Shown one piece after another: positions 19,865-28,217 of a stretch of 64,000 nt of DNA. The translations under genes and the position numbers were made by a program. Location of the stretch: sequence record NC_023719.1; one strand, 5' to 3'. A model generated the notes under the pieces. The model made no database searches. It was not told the DNA's origin and saw only the letters and a list, made by a program, of their open reading frames with translations. Position 1 is the stretch's first letter. Each line of letters opens with the position of its first letter.

Positions 19865-20611
19865 ATGTACAAAATAGCTATTTGTGCTGGTCATGGTTTC
19901 AACACTCCTGGTAAGAGAACTCCAGATGGTGAAAGAGAATGGAGCTTTAACAATAAGTTAGTTGTTGCTTTCGTTAACACTATGAATCAGTATGAGAATG
20001 TTACTGTTAAGCGTTATGATGATCCAACGGGTAAAACTGACGTGCCTTTAATTACTCGTACTAATGGGGCAAACGCTTGGGGAGCAAACATCTACATTTC
20101 ATTCCACCACAACGCTAATACTGCTAAATGGGGTACTTGGACAGGTGTTGAAACTTTCTACTATCCAGGTTCTACGACTGGATTGAACTTAGCTAAAGCT
20201 ATTCACCCAGCAGTTGTTCAATCTTATGGATTGAAAGATAGAGGCGTTAAGTCTGGAAATCTTCACATCGTTAGAGAAACAAAAATGCCAGCTATTTTAA
20301 TCGAAGGTGGATTCATGGATTCTACTATCGATATTAAAAAACTTAGAAGCGACGCTGTATTAAAAGCTGCTGGTGAAAACATTGCTCATGCTGTAGCTAA
20401 GTACGCTGGTTTAAAGAAAAAATCTTCTACTTCTACTCCTAAACCGCCAACTCCTACTACTCCAAATGCTGCAACTTACACTGTAGTTAAAGGAGATACT
20501 CTGTATGGAATTTCTCAAAAATTTGGAATCAGTGTCGATACTATCAAATCATTAAATGGTTTGAAAACTAATACTATCTCTATTGGGCAGGTATTAAAGG
20601 TAAAAAAGTAG
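19865..20611 (+). CDS. Endolysin: N-acetylmuramoyl-L-alanine amidase (Amidase_3) plus LysM
   Basis: AGHG, GEREW, YISFHHNA, AILIEGGF amidase motifs; C-terminal LysM YTVVKGDTLYGISQKF. Confidence 0.92.
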   Translation: MYKIAICAGHGFNTPGKRTPDGEREWSFNNKLVVAFVNTMNQYENVTVKRYDDPTGKTDVPLITRTNGANAWGANIYISFHHNANTAKWGTWTGVETFYYPGSTTGLNLAKAIHPAVVQSYGLKDRGVKSGNLHIVRETKMPAILIEGGFMDSTIDIKKLRSDAVLKAAGENIAHAVAKYAGLKKKSSTSTPKPPTPTTPNAATYTVVKGDTLYGISQKFGISVDTIKSLNGLKTNTISIGQVLKVKK

Positions 20612-20868
20612 AAGATGTAACTGCTGATAGTTTCTATCGAGTTTTTGTTAATGGAAAACAGGTAGGCGCATTTTCAGTTAAAGAGAATGCTTATGAAGAC
20701 GGTTGGAAACAATATAATTCTGGAAAAACAGATGCTTATTTAGTAGAACCAAATGGTAGTAAATATACTTTCAACGCTCACCAATCTGAAAACCCTAACA
20801 AAAAACAAGACGAAACTAATTCTACAAAAAACCCTATTTTAGGTAAATCAGTAGTTACATCTAGTCAA

Positions 20869-21534
20869 ATGGTAACTCTTGTAAAATCAAAAAACCCTAA
20901 TGCTAAAAATATTGAAGAAATTGCTGAAGCCTTCTTAAAGGTTGGCGAAAAATACGGACTTCGTGGAGATATTGCATTTTGTCAGTCAATTATCGAAACG
21001 GGTTGGTTTAGATTTGATGGCGGTACTGCGGTTACTCCAGATCAACATAACTATTGCGGACTTGGAGTTACGAGTACGGGTATTAAAGGAGCTGTATTTG
21101 CCACTATTAAAGATGGTGTAACTGCACAAATACAACATCTTTATGCTTATGCTACTAAATCGGCACTACCAGCTGGAGAAACTCTATTGGATCCAAGATT
21201 CCAATACGTTACAAGAGGTATAGCTCCAAATTGGGAAGATTTAAGTAATAGATGGGCTATGAATGCTAATTATGGAACTCAAATCTTGAATATGTATAAT
21301 CAATTATTACAAGTTCCTGCATCTAATACTTCTCCTGAAAAACCAAATACACCAAAACCTAAAGAAGAAAAAAAGGATGTTCTTTTTACACATTCAGAAA
21401 TCAACAATAAACAATATGCTTCTGTCGTAATTGACGGAAAAGGATATATAGCGGTTTCAGATGTTGCAGATTTACTTGATTTAAAAGTAGTATTTGACAA
21501 GGTTACTAAAGAAATTATCTTCATTAAAAAATAA
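20869..21534 (+). CDS. Glucosaminidase (GH73-like) domain; probably reached by -1 shift from the amidase
   Basis: IAFCQSIIETGWF, HNYCGLG, WAMNANYG motifs; frame open from 20572; no RBS at ATG 20869. Confidence 0.8.
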   Translation: MVTLVKSKNPNAKNIEEIAEAFLKVGEKYGLRGDIAFCQSIIETGWFRFDGGTAVTPDQHNYCGLGVTSTGIKGAVFATIKDGVTAQIQHLYAYATKSALPAGETLLDPRFQYVTRGIAPNWEDLSNRWAMNANYGTQILNMYNQLLQVPASNTSPEKPNTPKPKEEKKDVLFTHSEINNKQYASVVIDGKGYIAVSDVADLLDLKVVFDKVTKEIIFIKK

Positions 21535-21570
21535 TCTTTTAGTCAAACAAGTTAAAGAGAGGTGGCAATT

Positions 21571-22092
21571 ATGGAACAAGTTATTGATTTAATCATACCG
21601 TTCATTGCTTTAGCTTTTCTTAGTGTGATGATTGATAAGTTCACTTTGTTTTTAGAGCAAATTGTTCATAAAATCCCACACTTCCCAGATTACTTTGAAT
21701 GGTATACCGCTTATGCTGTAGTATTAATTATAAGTACTATGGTTTGTTGGCAGGGTGATTTTAGATTTTTTGACTATTTAAATCTTTATTTCCCTGTTTG
21801 GTTAGATTATTTTATGAGTGGTTTAGTTATTAGTGGAGGAAGTGCATTTGTTAGAACTCAATTCAGTATGATAGAAGCAATCCCTTCTACTGTTACTGGC
21901 ATAGCATCTTCATTTACTAGACTTTTACCAGGTAGAAAAGATAGCAATGTAGATCAATCAAATAACAATTCAACTGCTCCTAATAAAAATAGCCAACCTA
22001 ATGTAACTCCAAACTATACTGAGGAAGAGTATTATCCTCCAGCAACTGAAGAAATAGATACTAACTCAAATCGTTATACTGATGATATTTAA
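21571..22092 (+). CDS. Membrane protein, holin-like/lysis-associated
   Basis: About 3 hydrophobic helices; between lysin and holin; RBS GAGAGGTG. Confidence 0.5.
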   Translation: MEQVIDLIIPFIALAFLSVMIDKFTLFLEQIVHKIPHFPDYFEWYTAYAVVLIISTMVCWQGDFRFFDYLNLYFPVWLDYFMSGLVISGGSAFVRTQFSMIEAIPSTVTGIASSFTRLLPGRKDSNVDQSNNNSTAPNKNSQPNVTPNYTEEEYYPPATEEIDTNSNRYTDDI

Positions 22093-22108
22093 ATAAAAGG
22101 AGGGAAAA

Positions 22109-22468
22109 ATGATGAATGAATTATTATCTTCAATTTTAAGTGATCTTTTAATTCTTGTAACTACAGTTGGTGCAAGCTATTTAGTATTATTCCTTAAAAA
22201 TAAACTTGGTGTTGAAAAGTTAAAGAAAATTCAACAAGAATCTGAATTATTAAGAGAAGTGGTTGAAGCTGGTGTTAGATATGCAGAACAACGTTTTAGT
22301 AGTGGTGAGAAATTAGATGAAGCTGCTAAATGGATTTCTGAAAGACTTGGCGAAAAAGGAATTAACGCTACTCCTGAAGAAATTAACGGTTTAATTGAGT
22401 CTACTGTACGTCGTTTTAAAGATGAATTTGGTAATGAATGGGCAAACGCAGTAAAAGATGAAAAATAA
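22109..22468 (+). CDS. Phage holin (LL-H-like)
   Basis: N-terminal TM helix; V.AGVRYAEQ...G.EKLDEA..I.GLIESTV pattern; RBS AGGAGG. Confidence 0.75.
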   Translation: MMNELLSSILSDLLILVTTVGASYLVLFLKNKLGVEKLKKIQQESELLREVVEAGVRYAEQRFSSGEKLDEAAKWISERLGEKGINATPEEINGLIESTVRRFKDEFGNEWANAVKDEK

Positions 22469-22472
22469 TTTC

Positions 22473-22500
22473 AAAGAGAGCTTATTGCTCTCTTTTTTTA
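22473..22500 (+). terminator. Rho-independent terminator
   Basis: AAAGAGAGC-ttatt-GCTCTCTTT plus T run. Confidence 0.8.
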
Positions 22501-22765
22501 TTTCCAATAAAACGGCGCGTTTTGAATTATCTTTTCAAAAAAATATAAAAAAAATTTTCTAAAACTGTTATATAAAATGCAACTATCTGTATTTTTAACA
22601 TGAGAGAACAACATGAGAACGTCGAATACGCTTGTTCAACAAACTAGGATTTTGTGTACTGCACTCATAACCCCCTATTTATTTCCTAGTAAGCTGCAAG
22701 TTATTTCCGAGTCTCAAAGAAAACAATTTGATTTTCTCTCGATAACACTCGGAGGTGTATTTAAC

Positions 22766-23263
22766 ATGGCAGGTGGATTCAAAAATTTCGGTCCTACGTA
22801 CAACTCAACTCCATATGTACGTTTAGGATATGAGGGCATTCTTAACGGTGCTCATGATATAGATGTTGCAGGTTTAAACGGTGTAGAACAATTAGCGGGT
22901 AAATTCGCTACTATTGGTGCTAATGGTGTTAAATTAGCAGGAGACAATGGTACTAATGCAGTAGGTCTTTTCCGTGAAGACTTAGGCGATATGGTTAATG
23001 CTTCTGAAAAAGCTTCCTTCTATTTCCGTGGTGGAGAATACTACGTAAACATTTCACGTACTTCTTTAACAGCTGCTGGTATTGCTGCTGGCGACGAAAT
23101 TACTTGTGATGCTGATGGTAAAATGATTAAATTCACTGGTACTGGTAAAGCTCTAGGTGTTGTAACACACGTTGGCGAATATCGCGCTGGTAACATGTAC
23201 GAAAAAGCTACTCAAGGTGTAACTGATACAGATACGTTTATCGGTTTCATCATGTACGTTTAA
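22766..23263 (+). CDS. Capsid decoration protein (165 aa)
   Basis: Immediately upstream of the capsid gene; start moved from 22613 to ATG 22766 (RBS GGAGGTG); Gly-rich beta protein. Confidence 0.75.
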   Translation: MAGGFKNFGPTYNSTPYVRLGYEGILNGAHDIDVAGLNGVEQLAGKFATIGANGVKLAGDNGTNAVGLFREDLGDMVNASEKASFYFRGGEYYVNISRTSLTAAGIAAGDEITCDADGKMIKFTGTGKALGVVTHVGEYRAGNMYEKATQGVTDTDTFIGFIMYV

Positions 23264-23288
23264 TAAGGGATAATAGGAGGTTAATATA

Positions 23289-24137
23289 ATGAGTCAATTA
23301 TCAAATCAAGAAAAAGAATATTTAATTTCAAAAGCTCTTGAAACTGAAGAAGGCCGTGTAGCATTAGCTCAAGCAATGGCTAACCCAATTCGTGTTTCTC
23401 TAGACTACCAAGGTGTAGGTCGTAAACTTTTAGTTGTTGACCCACTACCACAAGGCGCATTACCAGTTTACGATAAAGATGTTGACGCGAAAGCGTTCGT
23501 TATCTCTAAACGTGGTCAAGTACCTGATCAAGTTATCGAAGGTGACAGAATTCAAGTTCCAACTTTCGAAATCGTTTCTTACCCACAAGTAAGATTCTCA
23601 CAAGTTAAAGAGCGTCGTTTCAACGTTATTGACCGTGCTCAACAACGTGCTAAAGCTGATATCATGGCTGTTGAAGATGCTGAAATCTTCTCACTTTTAG
23701 AAGGTGCTGCTACAGCAGTTAACGCAGTTACTATCTCTTCTGGTGGTTTACAACGTGCAGCTTTAACTAAAGCTTTCCAAGAAGTAGAAAAACATGACTT
23801 AGTTGTTACTAAAATCGTTATGAACGCTTCTGCTTTCGCTGATATCCGTGCATGGGGACAAAACGAGTTCGACCCTGTAACTCAACACGAAGTATTACAA
23901 ACTGGTTTATTCGGACACATCTGGACTGCAGATATCTTAATCTCTAAGAAAGTTCCTCAAAACACAGTTTATGTACTTGCTGATCCTGAATTCGTAGGTG
24001 TTATGCCTATCCGTCAAGATATTCAAGTAATTCCAGCTGACAAGCCCGAAGAATTACGTCTCGGCTGGGTAATTTACGAAGAATTGGGCCTTGCGGTAGT
24101 TAACTCTTTAGCAATTGCTAAAATTTCAATCCAATAA
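23289..24137 (+). CDS. Major capsid protein (HK97 fold, 282 aa)
   Basis: ETEEGRVALAQAMANPIR, LDYQGVGRKLL, GWVIYEELG patterns; strong RBS AGGAGG; codon choice typical of highly expressed genes. Confidence 0.88.
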   Translation: MSQLSNQEKEYLISKALETEEGRVALAQAMANPIRVSLDYQGVGRKLLVVDPLPQGALPVYDKDVDAKAFVISKRGQVPDQVIEGDRIQVPTFEIVSYPQVRFSQVKERRFNVIDRAQQRAKADIMAVEDAEIFSLLEGAATAVNAVTISSGGLQRAALTKAFQEVEKHDLVVTKIVMNASAFADIRAWGQNEFDPVTQHEVLQTGLFGHIWTADILISKKVPQNTVYVLADPEFVGVMPIRQDIQVIPADKPEELRLGWVIYEELGLAVVNSLAIAKISIQ

Positions 24138-24164
24138 TATAAATTCAATTTATATATATAAATG

Positions 24165-24192
24165 AAAAGGACCTCTTAAAGGTCCTTTTTTT
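24165..24192 (+). terminator. Terminator after the capsid gene
   Basis: AAAAGGACC-tcttaaa-GGTCCTTTT plus T run. Confidence 0.85.
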
Positions 24193-24248
24193 CTTGTTAA
24201 AGATTATCAACTTTCTTCATTAGAATAGAATATACTCTAATAAAAGGA

Positions 24249-25190
24249 ATGATTAGTTTGAAATGTCCAGTTTGCAATAAAGATTTTAAAAGTAATAGTT
24301 TAAAAAGGCATCTAGGTTTAATGAAAGATGAAAATCATAATACCTTGTACAATAAACAAAAAGAAATTGCAATAAATTTATTTTATAATGTAGATTTTAA
24401 ACCTAATAGTAATATAGGAGATTTTGATTTACTCATCACTTATAAAGATTGTAAAGTTTTATGGATGGATACATTTAGTGAATCTGAAAGAAAAGAGAGG
24501 TCAAATAGATTAAAAAGTGAAGTTAAACCTTGGAATAAAGGTTTAACAGTTAGAGATCATAGAGTTAGAGAAATGCAAAATAAAAGAAATGAAACAACTA
24601 GTAAAGTGTTAAGAGAAAAATATAAAAATGGAGAAATGGCTGCATGGACTAAGGGGTTGAAGAAAGAAAATAACAAAAAATTAAGAATTTTAAGCCAAAA
24701 AATTTCTAAAACTATGTCAGAAAGAGAACAAAACAATAGTCGTGGCATTTCAGGTATTAGAAAAGACATTGGTCACCATGCAGCAAGTACTTATGAGGCT
24801 AACATATATAGAATTTTACAATATCATAGTTCAAGTTATTTAAAAGAATTTGAAATTATAAAAAAATTAAAAAGAGATAATGGAACCTTAAAATATTATA
24901 GATTAGATATAAAAGATATTGATGGTGTTTTTGGTGTTAAAAATGCTTTTATAGAAGTAAAGGGATTTATGAAAGAAGAAGATAGAGAAAAAATAAGATT
25001 ATTTAAACAACAATATCCCAATGAAACATTAATGATTATTGGGAATGGTGATAAGAGGGAAAATTATTTTTGGGAGCCAGATGTTAATTATTTAGAATTA
25101 GAAAAAAAATATAAGCCTTTAATACCGTTGTGGGAAGATAGAAAGCAAAACTTAAGAACAACACCCGAGTTGTATAAAGATAATGAATAG
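24249..25190 (+). mobile_element. Free-standing homing-endonuclease-like gene (C2H2 finger, PWNKG-type repeats, PD-(D/E)XK nuclease)
   Basis: CPVC..H...H finger; PWNKGLT and AWTKGLK repeats; STYEAN..YRLDI..FIEVKG nuclease motif; flanked by similar terminator repeats. Confidence 0.7.
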
Positions 25191-25216
25191 AGGACTGTAC
25201 AAGGTCCTTTTTTTTA
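25189..25216 (+). terminator. Terminator after the endonuclease gene
   Basis: AGAGGAC-tgtacaag-GTCCTTT plus T run. Confidence 0.75.
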
Positions 25217-25311
25217 TTTGTTAATTAAAGTGGCTATAATGCATTAAATTAACAACGTAATATAAATAATATATATTTTATTACAACAAAACATTGAAAT
25301 GAGGAATTCAA

Positions 25312-25497
25312 GTGGGTATATCAATTATTATGGCAATTTTCGTTTTCTTCTTATTATTCTTATTATTTTCCGCACTTTATGCAGCTTCCAACATAAAACC
25401 GAATTGTCCGAATTGCAATAAAGAATTTACAGTAAGTAAAAAAGAATATGACTATCATGTTGAATATCGTTGTTCAAATTGTGGATATAAATACTAA
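25312..25497 (+). CDS. Small membrane-anchored zinc-ribbon protein
   Basis: N-terminal TM helix; CPNC...CSNC; RBS GAGGA. Confidence 0.6.
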   Translation: MGISIIMAIFVFFLLFLLFSALYAASNIKPNCPNCNKEFTVSKKEYDYHVEYRCSNCGYKY

Positions 25498-25507
25498 GAG
25501 TTAGAAG

Positions 25508-25840
25508 GTGATTAAGATATTAGATAAGTTTAATGAACATGTAGAATCCATATTAACTATGACTGCTTTATTAAATTATGATATTTATAATGAAAACATA
25601 AGTTATCATGCAAGTAAAGGTAAAATGCATGAAAAAACGTATAGAGTTATAAAAAATGAAATGCATATAGATAATTTCTTTCGATTGAGGTTTGATAGTA
25701 GCTCAATAGTTGAAATTTCACTGATGTATAAGAATAATGAAGGCTATTGGCAAACGAAAGATTTAATTAAAGCTCCCAATGAAGAAGAAGTAAAAAATAT
25801 GCTCGATCTTTTAATCATTAACAATAATGAGGGGAATTGA
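25508..25840 (+). CDS. Hypothetical protein
   Basis: ORF with RBS, in a co-oriented gene run. Confidence 0.5.
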   Translation: MIKILDKFNEHVESILTMTALLNYDIYNENISYHASKGKMHEKTYRVIKNEMHIDNFFRLRFDSSSIVEISLMYKNNEGYWQTKDLIKAPNEEEVKNMLDLLIINNNEGN

Positions 25841-26163
25841 TAGTTATGGGTATGAGTACGGCGATTTGTAAAAATGAAGTAGAGAGATTTGAGTTAGTGA
25901 AACAAAATTACAATGGTAACTTACCTAAATTTATTAAAGAAGTGCATATGAATCTTGAAATCCCAAAAGGTTTTAGTTATCAGCAATTGGATTATGGTTC
26001 AAAGGGTATGAGTTTGACAAAAAGAGAATTATTGAATATCTTTGAACATAATTTAAATTCAAAATATTTAATGCTGTGGCAAAAAGAGTATTGTGAAGAG
26101 ATTATTGAATTTGTAAAAAACCATGAAGATAGAACATTTATGTTGGTGCGGTATGAAATCTAA
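25837..26163 (+). CDS. Hypothetical protein
   Basis: ORF overlapping the previous stop; RBS GAGGGG. Confidence 0.5.
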   Translation: MIVMGMSTAICKNEVERFELVKQNYNGNLPKFIKEVHMNLEIPKGFSYQQLDYGSKGMSLTKRELLNIFEHNLNSKYLMLWQKEYCEEIIEFVKNHEDRTFMLVRYEI

Positions 26164-26506
26164 TCAGCTGCGTATATATGATGAACTTAAAGATTTAAAG
26201 AAAAGATTTGTTAAAGATAAAGCATGTCCTATTTGTGGAAATACAAATTTGCAAACAATGTGGTTGTTTTCTGATTCAATTTCTTGTCCTCATGGATGCA
26301 TTGATATATATCTAACAAGTAAAATTTTTACTGTAGATAACATGTTGGAATCAATAAAAATATGTGTAGTTAGAATATTTAAAGAGAGTATAGCAATGAA
26401 TAATGATGATAGTGAAATTGAGCAAGAAGCAATTGAGAAAGTACAAAAAATGATAGATTATTGGAAAGAGAATGATAGATATTTAGTAGAAATTTTATCA
26501 AAGTAA
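26153..26506 (+). CDS. CPIC...YWKENDRYL family protein, copy 1
   Basis: CPICG..CPHGC..IF..YWKENDRYL; start moved to ATG 26153. Confidence 0.6.
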   Translation: MKSNQLRIYDELKDLKKRFVKDKACPICGNTNLQTMWLFSDSISCPHGCIDIYLTSKIFTVDNMLESIKICVVRIFKESIAMNNDDSEIEQEAIEKVQKMIDYWKENDRYLVEILSK

Positions 26507-26537
26507 AGATAAAGTAAATTAAAGTTAGGAGAATAGT

Positions 26538-26690
26538 ATGATTACATGGTCGGTTTTAATTGGTTTGATTTTAGCAGCAGTGGGGGTTGTGGGACTTTAT
26601 AAAGAAAAAAGTTGGGGTAAATTAGTATTATTTTTCTCTATGGGTTGGTTTATTGGAGAACTCCTAGGTAGAATTCTATCAATTCTATAG
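26538..26690 (+). CDS. Small 2-TM membrane protein (not in ORF track)
   Basis: RBS AGGAG; MITWSVLIGLILAAVGVVGLYKEKSWGKLVLFFSMGWFIGELLGRILSIL. Confidence 0.65.
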   Translation: MITWSVLIGLILAAVGVVGLYKEKSWGKLVLFFSMGWFIGELLGRILSIL

Positions 26691-26742
26691 TATATAGTAA
26701 AGTTATTATCAAAATAAATAATTATGAGGAGCGTAAGTAGAT

Positions 26743-27099
26743 ATGGATAATCCAGTAAATATTGGCGAATTTGTAGCTGGTAATTTAAGAGGTGAATTTT
26801 TTAAGGATAGTACATGCCCTATTTGTAATAGTAAAAAAGGCGTAACACGTATATCTCTTGGGTCAGCGCGTTACACTCTTACTTGTGAAGATGAATGTGT
26901 TAGTGTTATATTTGATGAAATTTTAAATTCTGTTGGAGACAAAACAATAAAAACAACAGAACATACAGTTAAAATATTTGATGAAAAAATAACTATAGTG
27001 AATTGCGAAGAGATTGAAGAAAAGAAAAAAGAAGCGTGGGAGAAAATAAACTATTTAAAAGAGAATGATAGATACTTAGCTAAGAAGTTAGCAAAATGA
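26743..27099 (+). CDS. CPIC...KENDRYL family protein, copy 2
   Basis: CPICN..CEDEC..IFDE..YLKENDRYL; RBS GAGGAG. Confidence 0.65.
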   Translation: MDNPVNIGEFVAGNLRGEFFKDSTCPICNSKKGVTRISLGSARYTLTCEDECVSVIFDEILNSVGDKTIKTTEHTVKIFDEKITIVNCEEIEEKKKEAWEKINYLKENDRYLAKKLAK

Positions 27100-27108
27100 G
27101 GTCACTAT

Positions 27109-27432
27109 ATGAACATAACTGAATTAAGAGATAGATTTTGTAATGGAAGTAAGTGTCCTATTTGTAGTAATGAAGTTACTATAGATTATAAATTGTATTT
27201 TAGAATTGTTTGTCCTAATAGATGCATTTATATTTCTTTAAAGAAAAGAGTTATGAGTATTGTTGATGATAAAGTATCATCGGAAGACTTTTATACAATC
27301 AGTATATTTGGAGAAAAATGTAGTAATGAAGTGTTTGTTGAAATAGACAAAACAATAGTGAAAAATGTACAAGATAAAATAAAATATTGGAAAGAGAATG
27401 ATAGATACTTAGCGAAAATATTGTCAAAATGA
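27109..27432 (+). CDS. CPIC...YWKENDRYL family protein, copy 3
   Basis: CPICS..CPNRC..IFGE..YWKENDRYL; RBS GAGGT. Confidence 0.65.
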   Translation: MNITELRDRFCNGSKCPICSNEVTIDYKLYFRIVCPNRCIYISLKKRVMSIVDDKVSSEDFYTISIFGEKCSNEVFVEIDKTIVKNVQDKIKYWKENDRYLAKILSK

Positions 27433-27499
27433 ATTATTTGATTCACTTAAGTTATTAAATATTTGTAGTGATAATTCTACGCAAAATTAAAGATGATAG

Positions 27500-27823
27500 T
27501 TGGTGAGGTGCGAAATGGATAGAGTAAGTTTAAATGTAGAAAAGCAGATTCATTCAATGTTAAGACAATATTATGTTTATGATACAATAAAAGTGCCCGC
27601 AAATATGAATACAGTGACTGTTAAGAGAAAAGAAAAATTAAATGTAAGGAAGAAAATCTTATCAATAATACCAATCTATGATTATAAAGAATGGGAAGAA
27701 GAATTAAGCGATTGGGAGATTTATGATATTCTTACGATTTTTGATAAGACGATATCTGTCTCAGTATGTATAGATTGTATTGGTGAAAAAGTTTATTGGA
27801 AGTATTTAGTAGAAGAAAAATAG
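27500..27823 (+). CDS. Hypothetical protein
   Basis: ORF; true start may be ATG 27515 after GAGGTG. Confidence 0.5.
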   Translation: MVRCEMDRVSLNVEKQIHSMLRQYYVYDTIKVPANMNTVTVKRKEKLNVRKKILSIIPIYDYKEWEEELSDWEIYDILTIFDKTISVSVCIDCIGEKVYWKYLVEEK

Positions 27824-27847
27824 GATAGAAGAGGAGCAGTTTTTGAG

Positions 27848-28126
27848 ATGGATTTAGTTTGTAGAGATGGCTTGTGTCCAATTTGTGGAAAAGAAATGAT
27901 AGATCGAAAACATGCATTTTCTTATGGCAAAGAAAAAAGATGCATAAATGGTTGCTATTCATGTTCATCATTTGGTAAAACCTTTTATGACTTTATTGAA
28001 TGGATTAAAATATTTAATCTTTACTATGCGCCAAGCGCGAAAGAAGAAATCATTGAAGAAATTAGAAAGTTAAAAGAAAATGATAATTATATTACAGAAA
28101 TAATTAAAATGTCGAAGTCTGAATAG
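27848..28126 (+). CDS. CPIC...KEND family protein, copy 4 (diverged)
   Basis: CPICG..CINGC..IFN..LKENDNYI; RBS AGGAG. Confidence 0.6.
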   Translation: MDLVCRDGLCPICGKEMIDRKHAFSYGKEKRCINGCYSCSSFGKTFYDFIEWIKIFNLYYAPSAKEEIIEEIRKLKENDNYITEIIKMSKSE

Positions 28127-28131
28127 TTATA

Positions 28132-28167
28132 TGTACTACTGATTTTAATAATCAGTAGTATTTTTTT
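28132..28167 (+). terminator. Rho-independent terminator
   Basis: TACTACTGAT-tttaata-ATCAGTAGTA plus T run. Confidence 0.8.
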
Positions 28168-28217
28168 ATGAAAAAATAGTATTAATAAAAGAATGAAGTT
28201 AATAAAAGGAGAGTTTT

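Noticed and set aside
22613-22765. 51-aa N-terminal extension of the decoration protein in the ORF track
   Set aside because: A strong RBS (GGAGGTG) points to ATG 22766; ATG 22613 has none, and the region looks like a structured leader.
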